Positions 1-8,840 are shown, numbered from the stretch's first letter. The stretch is DNA of 16,121 bases from a candidate division WOR-3 bacterium (GCA_027050205.1 JALUCS010000039.1:1-16121); one strand, 5' to 3'. The notes: generated by a model from the letters alone, not told the origin. Program-made: numbers and translations.

Positions 1-35
1 ATACCCATTAACGAAAGCGCGAGGAACCTCCTCAT
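1..35 (-). CDS. 5' end of a gene running off the window (MRRFLALSLMG...), probable secreted/membrane protein
   Basis: ATG at 35-33 preceded by TAGAAT (48-43) with a 7-nt spacer, as at other genes here. The N-terminus has basic then hydrophobic residues, like a signal peptide. Only 11 codons are visible. Confidence 0.6.
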   Translation of the reverse strand, partial: MRRFLALSLMG

Positions 36-91
36 CTTGGGTATTCTAACCCCGTCCCTAGGGATTCCTTTCGCTCTTATACTCCTTCCCC

Positions 92-1114
92 ATGAAAGCA
101 GCATACATAGAGAGTTTCGGGGGACCGGAGGTCATAAAGTACGGGGACCTACCCACACCGAAACCGGGTCCGGGGGAGGTCCTGGTTAGGGTCAGGGCCG
201 TCAGCGTCAACCATCTGGACATATGGGTCAGGCGGGGAATATACAGGGACCTGAAGATGCCCCACGTCCTCGGCAGTGACGTCGCTGGCGTCGTTGAGGC
301 GGTAGGTCCGGGCGTCCGGAACGTCAAGGTGGGGGAGAAGGTGGTACTGAATCCGGGGACGAGCTGTGGGACCTGCGAGGCCTGTCTGTCCGGCAGGGAC
401 AACCTCTGCAAGGAGTACAAGATACTGGGGGAACACGTTTGGGGAGGGTACGCCGAGTACATAAAGGTCCCGGCGGCCAACATCCTCCCCTACCCGGAGG
501 GCCTGACGTGGGTTGAGGCGGCGGCCATCCCCCTTACCTTCCTGACGGCCTGGCACGCCGTAGTCACGAGGGGCCAGATAAGACAGGGGGAGACCGTATT
601 GGTGATGTCCGGAGGGGGAGGGGTGGGGAGCGCCGCCGTCCAGATAGCCAAGCTCTTCAACGCCTTCGTCATCACCACCGTAGGTTCGGACTGGAAGGTT
701 GAGAAGGCCTACGAGCTGGGGGCCGACCTCGTCATAAACTGGCGGAAGGAGGACCTTGAGAGAGCCATAAGGGAGAAGGTGGGGAGGGTGGACCTCGTAA
801 TAGACCACACCGGACAGGAGCATACCCAGAGGCTCATAAACGTGACGAAGTGGGGCGGGAGGATCGTTATGTACGGGGCGACGAGCGGCTACAGGGCGCA
901 GATAGACCTGAGGCACATCTTCTACCGGCAGGTCTCCATAATCGGCTCCACGATGGGGAGCAAGGGTGAACTCTTCGGCATCCTCCGGTTGGTTGAGAGG
1001 AGGAAGCTCCGCCCCGTCATATACAAGGTGCTACCCCTGGAGCAGGCCCGCGAGGCCCACAGGCTCCTTGAGAGCTTCTCGCCCTTCGGTAAGGTGGTCC
1101 TGGAGGTGGGATGA
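92..1114 (+). CDS. Zinc-binding medium-chain dehydrogenase/reductase (quinone oxidoreductase-like)
   Basis: 340 aa with MDR N-terminus (MKAAYIESFGGPEV), structural Zn motif CGTCEAC-x7-C and Rossmann GGGGVG. Catalytic-Zn positions read VNHLD/GSD rather than C/GHE. Confidence 0.92.
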   Translation: MKAAYIESFGGPEVIKYGDLPTPKPGPGEVLVRVRAVSVNHLDIWVRRGIYRDLKMPHVLGSDVAGVVEAVGPGVRNVKVGEKVVLNPGTSCGTCEACLSGRDNLCKEYKILGEHVWGGYAEYIKVPAANILPYPEGLTWVEAAAIPLTFLTAWHAVVTRGQIRQGETVLVMSGGGGVGSAAVQIAKLFNAFVITTVGSDWKVEKAYELGADLVINWRKEDLERAIREKVGRVDLVIDHTGQEHTQRLINVTKWGGRIVMYGATSGYRAQIDLRHIFYRQVSIIGSTMGSKGELFGILRLVERRKLRPVIYKVLPLEQAREAHRLLESFSPFGKVVLEVG

Positions 1115-2037
1115 TGAGGGGACCCGCCCCCTTCCGTCTGGAGGAGGACACCCTCTACGTCCTTGACCAGAGGCTCCTGCCCAGGAGGGTGGCATACAGG
1201 AAGGCCAGAGACGCCTTCGCCGTCGCCCGTCTGATAAGGAAGATGGTCGTAAGGGGCGCCCCTATGATAGGCATAGTGGCCGCCTACGGCCTGTACCTCC
1301 AGCGACTTAAAGGGAGACGCCTTAGGGAGGGGTGGGAAGCCCTGAAGGGGGCGAGACCTACAGCCGTAAACCTCCACAACGTCCTTGGAGAGGCCCTGCC
1401 CCTGGTGGAGAGGGAGGCCCCACCGGAGGAGTTTCTGAAGTTCGCCCGGATGGTGGAGGATAGGGAGAGGAGAATAAACGAGGCCATCGCCGAGAACGGC
1501 CTGCGGTTCTTCAACCGCCCCCTGAGGGTGATTACCTACTGCAACACTGGGATGTGGGCCACCCCCTACCCCGGAACCGCCCTCGGTATAATACGCTGGG
1601 CGCACAGGAGGGGGTTGGTGAGGCACGTCTTCGCACCGGAGACCGCCCCGTACATGCAGGGGGCAAGGCTCACCGCCTACGAGCTTCAACTTGAGGGCAT
1701 ACCCTACAACGTCGTCCCCGACAACCACGTACCCTTCCTGATTGAGAGGGGGATGGTGGATATAGCGATCGTGGGGGCTGACCGTATAACCTCCGACGGG
1801 TACGTCTTCAACAAGATAGGGACCCTCTCCATAGCCCTAGCCGCGAAGCGCTTCGGCATCCCCTTTGTGGTAGCGGCACCCACCACCACCTTTGACCCCA
1901 ACCCCTACAGTGAGGACATAGTGGTTGAGAGACGGACGGACGTACCGAGGGAGGACTACCTCTACTACGCCTTTGACGTAACGCCCCCGGACCTCGTGGG
2001 GGCTATAGTGAGCGAGAAGGGGGTATGGAGACCTTAG
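1111..2037 (+). CDS. mtnA: S-methyl-5-thioribose-1-phosphate isomerase (eIF2B-alpha family)
   Basis: Motifs LDQRLLP, MVVRGAP, ARPTAVNL, CNTG, QGARLTAYEL, VGADRI, NKIGT, AFDVTP. GGAGG at 1102-1106 and ATGA overlap with the upstream stop; the start could be 1114. Confidence 0.9.
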   Translation: MMRGPAPFRLEEDTLYVLDQRLLPRRVAYRKARDAFAVARLIRKMVVRGAPMIGIVAAYGLYLQRLKGRRLREGWEALKGARPTAVNLHNVLGEALPLVEREAPPEEFLKFARMVEDRERRINEAIAENGLRFFNRPLRVITYCNTGMWATPYPGTALGIIRWAHRRGLVRHVFAPETAPYMQGARLTAYELQLEGIPYNVVPDNHVPFLIERGMVDIAIVGADRITSDGYVFNKIGTLSIALAAKRFGIPFVVAAPTTTFDPNPYSEDIVVERRTDVPREDYLYYAFDVTPPDLVGAIVSEKGVWRP

Positions 2038-3305
2038 CCCTTTCCCTCATCGGGGGAGGGTTGGCCGCCCTCATAACCGTTGCCCTCCTCTACCTTGGTC
2101 CCGTAAAGGGCCTTGGGGTGGTTTCCTTCCTCGTCGTAGCCGCCCTCACCCTCCTCCTACCCTTCCACGCGTACCTCCTCCTCGTCTCCCTGAAACCGGC
2201 CATAGACTCCCTCTACCATCTCCGCTTCGGCTTCCTGAAACTGACGCAACTCTTCTCCGTCTACTCCATAGTCATATGGGCCACCATCCTGTTCCTCCGC
2301 CGCTCCGTAAGGGGGCCAACGACGTATATGGACGTTCTCCACCTCCTCCTGCTCCTCCCCGTCCCCTTCATCCTCCTCTTCTCTCCCAACATCGGGGGCA
2401 TAGACCTCGCCTTGAGGATACTCTCCGGGTGGGGGTTCTACTTCGTCGTCAGGGATACGGACCTCAAGGACGCCCGGTGGATAGAGTGGGCCTTCCTCCT
2501 ATCCGTCCTCTTCCCCGCCATCGCTGGCACCATGGCCGTCCTCGGACACCTGCCGAACGGCTTTCAGGAGGGGGCATTTGAGAGGCTGAAGGGCCCCTAC
2601 CACGACGCCACGGCCTTCGGCTTTGAGCTTATCCCCGGCTTCCTAATTCTCCTCCACCGACTGGGTAAGAGGTTCAACCCCCTTGAGTTTGCCTTTATGC
2701 TGCTTCTCCTCTACCTCCTCTACAGGACCTACACCCGCGCCCTCTGGGTCTCTGTCTTCCTGTCCGTTGCCTTGATGCTCTTCCGCAAGGGTAAGGGGAG
2801 TAAGGTCGCCCCCGGTCTCATCTTCGGCATAATCGTAGTGGGCCTTCTCCTCTTCTATCCGGAGATATCGGCCCGGTTCTCCCAGCACGGGGTGGGGACG
2901 GACCCCGACTCCTTCAACGGCCGTATGCTCATATGGAAGGAGGGTTTCCACCGCTTCTTCTCCCTCAACCCCCTCGCCACCTTCTTCGGCTTGATAACTA
3001 CGGGGAAGCCCATGGGCCTCTACCTCCACAACACCTACCTTACCTTCCTGATTGATACGGGGCTGTTCGGCTTCGCCATCTTCGCCCTCTGGCTGTGGGG
3101 GGTGATAAGGTTCGCCCTCTCCTACCGGGGGAAGTACTCCGTCCTCCTAAGGACCTCCCTGATCTTCGTCCTCGTAAGCGGTCTAACGAGCGGCGGCATC
3201 CTATACCCCAACTTCCAGTGGTTCTTCCTAACCGTCCTCGGCCTGGCTATGAACGACTACCGCTCCCTTCACTTCGGGAAGACCACCTCCAGCTCCAGGG
3301 TCTGA
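2025..3305 (+). CDS. O-antigen ligase/polymerase (Wzy_C/WaaL) family membrane protein
   Basis: Many hydrophobic segments; motifs RLKGPY, TYTRALW, SFNGRMLIW and HNTYL..LIDTGLFG are typical of this family. Confidence 0.82.
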   Translation: METLALSLIGGGLAALITVALLYLGPVKGLGVVSFLVVAALTLLLPFHAYLLLVSLKPAIDSLYHLRFGFLKLTQLFSVYSIVIWATILFLRRSVRGPTTYMDVLHLLLLLPVPFILLFSPNIGGIDLALRILSGWGFYFVVRDTDLKDARWIEWAFLLSVLFPAIAGTMAVLGHLPNGFQEGAFERLKGPYHDATAFGFELIPGFLILLHRLGKRFNPLEFAFMLLLLYLLYRTYTRALWVSVFLSVALMLFRKGKGSKVAPGLIFGIIVVGLLLFYPEISARFSQHGVGTDPDSFNGRMLIWKEGFHRFFSLNPLATFFGLITTGKPMGLYLHNTYLTFLIDTGLFGFAIFALWLWGVIRFALSYRGKYSVLLRTSLIFVLVSGLTSGGILYPNFQWFFLTVLGLAMNDYRSLHFGKTTSSSRV

Positions 3306-4960
3306 CCTCCCCTCTTCACCGTCACCACCGTCCTGTCGCCGGGTCTGTACCTCATCAGGGCGTCTATGTAGTCGTAGATGTTGCTTATGGGCTTGCCACC
3401 GATGGAGACTATGACGTCCCCGGCCATTATCCCGGCCATCTCCGCCGGCCTTCCGGGTACCACGCCGTCCACCTTGACGCCCTTTATCCTGCTGGCGTAG
3501 GCGGGTATTATGCCCAGCTTCACCTTGAGCTTACCTACCCTCCCGCCCCTCGGGGCCTCCTCCTTCACCTTCACGTACTCCAGCTTCGGGAGGGCCATCA
3601 GGCTGTCCAACACTTCGTCCGTTATCCTGACTATGGCTGCTATGCCGGGGTAGTTTATCTTATCCGGCGTATCGGAGGGTTTGTGGTAGTCCTCGTGGGC
3701 CCCGGTGAAGAAGTGCGCCACGGGTACCCCCTTCAGGTAGAAGGACGTGTGGTCGCTGGGTCCCACCGCACCGGCCCCGAGGTTCAGTTTGTAGCCGTAG
3801 TGGGCGACCACATGGGCTATGAGGCTGTCCAACCCCTTGCCGCTGTAGGCACCGAGGACGGAGAAGGTGGAGTCCCTCATCCTCCCCACCATATCGTAGT
3901 TGAGGTAGGCGATGGCGCTGTCAAGGGGCAGGAGGGGGTGCTGCGTGAAGTACTTGGAGCCGAGCAAACCTATCTCCTCACCGCTCCAGAACATGAAGGC
4001 GAGGGTCCTCTTCGGCCTCTCCTTCGCCCAGGTCCGGGCCAGCTCAAGGACGGCGGCCACACCGGAGGCGTTGTCGTCCGCCCCGTGATGTACGGCGTGG
4101 GTGTCGGGACGGAGGGAACCGCTCCCCGGCCCCCCCCATCCGAGGTGGTCGTAGTGGGCGCCCAGGCCTATCCACCTCCCACTCTCGCCGGGGAGGACGG
4201 CTATGACGTTGGCGGTCTTCACGTACTTCTTGCGGAGCTTCACGCCCACAGATACCGTCTTACCCGTCCGGAAGCCCACCTTCTCCCCCCTGACCATCCG
4301 GGCGTACAGGCTGTCAAGGGAGGTGCCGAGGATGTCCCTGGCGACGTTCCTCTTCACCATAACGGCCACGATGCCGGAGTTCTGGAGGTCCCTCGCCCGG
4401 AGGGGGCGGAGTTCGTCCTCGTGATCCGGGGGATTGACCAAGATAACCGCCGCCGCACCCTTCTCCCGCGCTATCCGGAGCTTTACGGGTATCGGGGCGA
4501 AACGGTCGTACTTGCTGCTGTCAGGGTGGGAGTAGCGGAAGAGGACGACGACCTTACCCTTCACGTCCAAACCCTCGTACTCGTCGTAGGTGCTGTCGGA
4601 TATACCCCAACCTACGAATACGGCCTCCGCCGAGGCGCTGCCGTCGTCCGAAAAGCTCAAAGGCAGGAAGTCCTTACCGAGTTCGTAGGCCTTCCGCCCG
4701 ACCTTTAGGTAGGTCAGGGGCCTCTTGAAGATCAGGAACCTCCTCTCGTATGCCAGCGGCTCAAGGGAGACGAGGGCGTCAAAGGGCTGCACCTTAACGT
4801 TGTAGCCGTAGGACTTGAGCTTCCTGACGATGTATGCCCTCGCCAGCTTCTCCCCCCTGCTGCCCGTAAACCTCCCCTCAAGGCTGTCGGAGGCGAGGAA
4901 ATACACGGTCTCCTTTATGCTGTCTATGGAGGGCGGTAAAACGCCGACTAACAGGAGCAT
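3269..4960 (-). CDS. M28 family aminopeptidase with PA and C-terminal PDZ domains
   Basis: Motifs LASDSLEGR, GAHYDHLG, GADDNASG, GEEIGLLGS, NYDMVGR, SDHTSF, DYHKPSD; PA insert (DVKGKVVV); PDZ (LGIIP...PAEMAGIMAGDVI). Start moved from 5014 to ATG 4960 because TACAAT lies 6 nt upstream and 5014 overlaps the GT2 gene. Confidence 0.9.
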   Translation of the reverse strand: MLLLVGVLPPSIDSIKETVYFLASDSLEGRFTGSRGEKLARAYIVRKLKSYGYNVKVQPFDALVSLEPLAYERRFLIFKRPLTYLKVGRKAYELGKDFLPLSFSDDGSASAEAVFVGWGISDSTYDEYEGLDVKGKVVVLFRYSHPDSSKYDRFAPIPVKLRIAREKGAAAVILVNPPDHEDELRPLRARDLQNSGIVAVMVKRNVARDILGTSLDSLYARMVRGEKVGFRTGKTVSVGVKLRKKYVKTANVIAVLPGESGRWIGLGAHYDHLGWGGPGSGSLRPDTHAVHHGADDNASGVAAVLELARTWAKERPKRTLAFMFWSGEEIGLLGSKYFTQHPLLPLDSAIAYLNYDMVGRMRDSTFSVLGAYSGKGLDSLIAHVVAHYGYKLNLGAGAVGPSDHTSFYLKGVPVAHFFTGAHEDYHKPSDTPDKINYPGIAAIVRITDEVLDSLMALPKLEYVKVKEEAPRGGRVGKLKVKLGIIPAYASRIKGVKVDGVVPGRPAEMAGIMAGDVIVSIGGKPISNIYDYIDALMRYRPGDRTVVTVKRGGQTLELEVVFPK

Positions 4961-4988
4961 CCGAAGATTGTACGGGGGTACGGGGTGG

Positions 4989-5882
4989 CTACTTCCAGTA
5001 GTGGGGGTAACCACTCAAGATGGGCAAGAGAAAGCGGGGGAGGAAACGGTGGTTGTATCCGAGGAGTAGGCCGAAGAGCCGGGCGGCGTTTTCAACTACG
5101 GCGTACGGTATCCACAGCGGATGGTTCTCGGCGAGGTACATCAACTCCTCCAAGAAGAAGCGGAGGGTGTCCCCCCTGCCTCCGTACCTCCTAAGCCAGC
5201 GGTTCTCGGCGTAGAAGACTCCTATAGCGAAGTACCTCCGGAATATACCCCAAGGGGTGAAAGTGTGGGCGTGGATGACGCGGGCCTCGGCGTTGTACAT
5301 CGTCCTGTACCCGGCCAGTATGAGCTTGGCGGCTACGTAGAGGTCCTCGGAGAGTATCACCCTCGGAAATCCCCCCACCTCCAAGAGCTTCTCCTTGAGG
5401 TAGGCGGCGCAGACGTTGGAGTTCGTGAAGGCCCTAAGGCCGTAGCGAGGAAGCATACTCCTGTCCTTCACCTCCGACTTCTCCGGATAGCTGAAGAGCC
5501 GGAAGAATACCTCCGGGGGAGGGGTGCCGGGAGGGGGAACGTGCCGGGCGTAGGCGAGGACGACCTCCCCCTCAACTATGGGCCGTATCAGGGTCTCCAG
5601 GGTGTCCTCCCGCTCCGGTAGGGCGTCCTGGGACATAAAGACCACGATGTCCTCCGAGGCGAGACGGAGACCGAGGTTCCGGGTGAGGCCGTGGTTGAAC
5701 TCCTCCCGCCTTATCCGCAGCAGGCGGTCCGCCCACCTCTCCGCCACCTCCGGCGTAGAGTCATCGGAGGAGGAGTCTATGACGATTATTTCAGTCTCAA
5801 CCGTCTGGCTGCGTAGTGACCGTAGGAGGGCGGGTAGGGTCCTCTCCCCGTTAAGGGTAGGTATCACTACGGACACCCTCAC
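4989..5882 (-). CDS. Family 2 glycosyltransferase (rhamnosyltransferase-like)
   Basis: Motifs VSVVIPTLNG, IDSSSDDST, FNHGLTRN, FMSQDA, SEDL. The GTG start overlaps the trpS stop. Confidence 0.9.
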   Translation of the reverse strand: MRVSVVIPTLNGERTLPALLRSLRSQTVETEIIVIDSSSDDSTPEVAERWADRLLRIRREEFNHGLTRNLGLRLASEDIVVFMSQDALPEREDTLETLIRPIVEGEVVLAYARHVPPPGTPPPEVFFRLFSYPEKSEVKDRSMLPRYGLRAFTNSNVCAAYLKEKLLEVGGFPRVILSEDLYVAAKLILAGYRTMYNAEARVIHAHTFTPWGIFRRYFAIGVFYAENRWLRRYGGRGDTLRFFLEELMYLAENHPLWIPYAVVENAARLFGLLLGYNHRFLPRFLLPILSGYPHYWK

Positions 5883-7060
5883 GGGCGGAATATGGCCTCC
5901 CTTACCTCCTCCATAGTGCGTTCCGCCACCTCCTTAGCCCTCTTGGAGCCTTCTACGATCACCTGTAGGACGTCCTCGTCGCTGTAGCTTTGGGCCTTCT
6001 CCCTTATGGGCGTCAGCCTCTCTATAAGGACCTCCGTCAGCCTCCTCTTACAGGCCACACAACCCAACTCCCCGGCCCGGCAGGCCCTCTCTATCTCGCC
6101 CACTTCCTCCCGGTTGAATACCCTGTGCATATGGAAGATGGGACACACCTCCGGACGGCCGGGGTCGTTCCTTCGCACCTTCATGGGGTCGGTTATGCTG
6201 GACTTGACCTTCTTCTCTATCACCTCCGGGGGGTCGCTAAGGAATATGGCGTTGTTGTAGGACTTAGACATCTTCCTCCCGTCCGTCCCCAGTATCTTTG
6301 GCGTCTCGGTCAGGAGGGGTTCCGGTATAGGGAAGATGGGGGCGTAGGTACGGTTGAAGTCCCTCGCTATCTCACGGGTTAGTTCCAGGTGGGGTAGCTG
6401 GTCCGCCCCGATGGGTACCACCTCCCCCTTGTACAGGAGGATGTCGGCCGCCTGAAGGACGGGATAACCGAGCAGGCCGTAGGACACCTCGGAGGGAATG
6501 GCGGCCTCGTCTAAGGAAACCTCGCCCGTTATCTTCTCAAGGACCTCCTCCTTCGTCCGGTTTATTACGCTGCTCAACATCCTCTCGGCCTTTTCCTCGT
6601 CCTCCTCCCTGACGAACTTCAGGATCTGGGGGAGCTCCTTCTCCACCTCCAACTCCTCAACCTTCAGTTGCATCTTGGTGTAGCCCTTCCTCTTACGCAA
6701 CTCGGCGAGTTTCTCCTTGAAGGTGGGATTCCTAAGGAGTCTCGGCACGGAGACGAGCATAGAGAAAGCCAGGTGCAACTCCGTGTGTTCCGGTACGTAG
6801 GACTGGCGGAAAACCGTAGCCTTTTCGGGATCTATTCCCACGGCCAACCAGTCCCTGACCATACCTAAGACGTTGGAATTTACCTCCCTCGCCTTCGTAG
6901 GGTCGTCCGTCAGGGCGTGCCAGTCGGCTATCTCGTAGTAGCACTCGTACTCGTCCTGGAGCTTCACCCAGTTGGTAAGGACACCGGCCAGATGTCCTAT
7001 GTGCATACGCCCTGTGGGTCGCATACCGGACAGGATGACCTTCTTACGCTTTTCGGCCAT
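5879..7060 (-). CDS. trpS: Tryptophan--tRNA ligase (with internal insertion)
   Basis: Motifs SGMRPTG, HIGH, YPVLQAADIL, GADQLPHLE, KMSKS. Confidence 0.96.
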   Translation of the reverse strand: MAEKRKKVILSGMRPTGRMHIGHLAGVLTNWVKLQDEYECYYEIADWHALTDDPTKAREVNSNVLGMVRDWLAVGIDPEKATVFRQSYVPEHTELHLAFSMLVSVPRLLRNPTFKEKLAELRKRKGYTKMQLKVEELEVEKELPQILKFVREEDEEKAERMLSSVINRTKEEVLEKITGEVSLDEAAIPSEVSYGLLGYPVLQAADILLYKGEVVPIGADQLPHLELTREIARDFNRTYAPIFPIPEPLLTETPKILGTDGRKMSKSYNNAIFLSDPPEVIEKKVKSSITDPMKVRRNDPGRPEVCPIFHMHRVFNREEVGEIERACRAGELGCVACKRRLTEVLIERLTPIREKAQSYSDEDVLQVIVEGSKRAKEVAERTMEEVREAIFRP

Positions 7061-7083
7061 GGGACGTTGATTTTAAAGGAGAG

Positions 7084-7578
7084 TCAGTTCTCTCTGCCCT
7101 TGAGTAGGATGTAGTGGAGTATAGCCTCCGCCTCCCTCAAGGTCAGCCTCTGGTCGGGCATCTGGACGCCGTACCTCTTCAGGAGGTCCCTCGCCACGGA
7201 GTCGTACCTCTGCATGCTGTCGGGTCTAAGGAGCATCAGGAGGGTCCAGCGGTAGTCCCTCACCCTGTCTATCCCCTTCAGGTCGGGACCGACGAGGTCC
7301 CCCTCACCGACGGTGTGGCACACCCTACACCCCCTCGTCTGGAAAAGCTCCTCCCCTTCCCTCGCGAGGCTCGGATCCGGGGCTTCGGGCCACTCCTTGG
7401 GTAGATCCTCGTAGGTCCACCTATCCGAGGTATCCACCCTCTCCGCCGTAGGTGTTGCCGGAGCCTCCTCCCTCACCGTCCTCGGATTCCGCCTTAGGCC
7501 CTCCACGAAGAGGTATAAAATCCCTAAACTGCCAAGCCCAACGAGGAGGAGGACAAAGCCCACCTTCCAGATCCTCAC
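7084..7578 (-). CDS. Membrane-anchored monoheme cytochrome c
   Basis: N-terminal hydrophobic helix, CRVCH heme motif, GPDL, distal Met (QMPDQ). Confidence 0.88.
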   Translation of the reverse strand: MRIWKVGFVLLLVGLGSLGILYLFVEGLRRNPRTVREEAPATPTAERVDTSDRWTYEDLPKEWPEAPDPSLAREGEELFQTRGCRVCHTVGEGDLVGPDLKGIDRVRDYRWTLLMLLRPDSMQRYDSVARDLLKRYGVQMPDQRLTLREAEAILHYILLKGREN

Positions 7579-7597
7579 TCCGTATTCTAACGTCGCA

Positions 7598-8710
7598 TCA
7601 GGCCAGCTGGTGCCTCGCTAAGACCAACCGCTGTACCTCGCTCGTACCCTCCCCTATCTCCAGTATCTTGGTATCCCTCCAGAGCCTCTCCGCCTCACCC
7701 CATACGGCCCCCTCCGGCCCCAGGATGTCAAGGAGGATATCTACGGCCTTCATAGCATACTCCGAGGCTACCAACTTGGCGACGGCGGCGTACTTGGTGT
7801 AGCGTTTGCCCGTGTCCTTCATGTCGGCCGCTAGGTAGGTGTAGAGGCGGCTGGTCTCCAACATACTCAAGAGGTCGGCTACCCTGAAGGAGTAGTACTC
7901 GTCGTGCTGGAGGCCGTTGGCCTTGACGTACTCCGTAGCCAACTCCAAGGCCCTGGCCACCGTACCCACACCCATAGCGGCTATCCCCACCCTACCGGCG
8001 TCCAAAGAGGCGAGGGCGTACTTGAGGCCCGCCCCCCTCTCCCCTATGAGGTTCTCCTTGGGGACGAAGACGTCGTCAAAAGCCAAGGCGCTGGTTACCG
8101 AACCCCTCCACCCCATCTTGTCCTCGTCCTTCAGGACTTGGAAACCCTCGGAGTCGGTGGGTACCAACAGGGCGCTTATCCCCCTCTTGCCCTTCTCCGG
8201 GTCGGTCTTGGCCATCACTATCACGAAGTGGGCGACGGAACCGTTCGTGATGAACTGCTTCTGGCCGTTTATCCGAAACCCCCCTTCAACCTCCTCCGCC
8301 CGCGTCCTCAAGGCTCCCGCGTCAGACCCGCAGCACGGTTCCGTGAGACCGAAGGCCCCGATGTACTCACCCGTGGCGAGGCCGGGGAGGTACCTCTCTT
8401 TCAGGTGTTCCCCGGCGAAGTTGTTTAGGAAGTTGACGACGAGGCCAGAGGTAACGGCGAAGGTGACGGCCGTGGAGGGACATACCCTCGTAAGCTCCTC
8501 TATGAAGACGGCGTAGTAGCGGGTCGGGAGGCCGAGACCGCCGTACTCCTTGGGGACGGTTATCCTGCCAAGGCCGGCGTTGAAGACAGCCTTAACGCTC
8601 TCCCGCGTGAACCGGTCCTCAAGATCCACCTTCATAGCGTTAGGGCGGACGTACCTCTCGGCTACGTCCCTCACGTACTCTCGGAACTCCTCCAGATCCC
8701 TGAACTCCAT
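7598..8710 (-). CDS. Acyl-CoA dehydrogenase (short/branched-chain type)
   Basis: Motifs FGLTEPCCGSDA, INGQKQFITNG, KMGWRGS, LDAGRVGIAA, EIGEGTSEVQR. Confidence 0.94.
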   Translation of the reverse strand: MEFRDLEEFREYVRDVAERYVRPNAMKVDLEDRFTRESVKAVFNAGLGRITVPKEYGGLGLPTRYYAVFIEELTRVCPSTAVTFAVTSGLVVNFLNNFAGEHLKERYLPGLATGEYIGAFGLTEPCCGSDAGALRTRAEEVEGGFRINGQKQFITNGSVAHFVIVMAKTDPEKGKRGISALLVPTDSEGFQVLKDEDKMGWRGSVTSALAFDDVFVPKENLIGERGAGLKYALASLDAGRVGIAAMGVGTVARALELATEYVKANGLQHDEYYSFRVADLLSMLETSRLYTYLAADMKDTGKRYTKYAAVAKLVASEYAMKAVDILLDILGPEGAVWGEAERLWRDTKILEIGEGTSEVQRLVLARHQLA

Positions 8711-8744
8711 AGGGGGTATTCTACCCCCGCATCGCCCTCCGTAT

Positions 8745-8760
8745 CGCCCTTATAATATCC
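8745..8760 (+). promoter_or_regulatory. Putative tRNA-Asn promoter (-10 TATAAT at 8751-8756) within motif CGCCCTTATAATATCC
   Basis: Consensus -10 hexamer 11 nt before the tRNA; the identical 16-mer lies upstream of ssrA. Confidence 0.75.
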
Positions 8761-8767
8761 ACCTCGC

Positions 8768-8840
8768 GGGTCCGTAGCTCAACAGGCAGAGCACCCGGCT
8801 GTTAACCGGGGGGTTGCAGGTTCGAGTCCTGCCGGGCCCG
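8768..8840 (+). tRNA. tRNA-Asn (GTT), CCA not encoded
   Basis: Cloverleaf: acceptor GGGTCCG/CGGGCCC, D arm GCTC/GAGC, anticodon arm CCCGG-CTGTTAA-CCGGG, T arm GCAGG-TTCGAGT-CCTGC, discriminator G. Confidence 0.96.

Noticed and set aside
3095..4708. 537-aa + strand ORF
   Set aside because: Antisense shadow of the well-supported M28 peptidase with no recognisable motifs. Such shadows are common with strong GC3 bias; the same applies to 149-916, 922-1728, 7917-8516 and 14847-15641.
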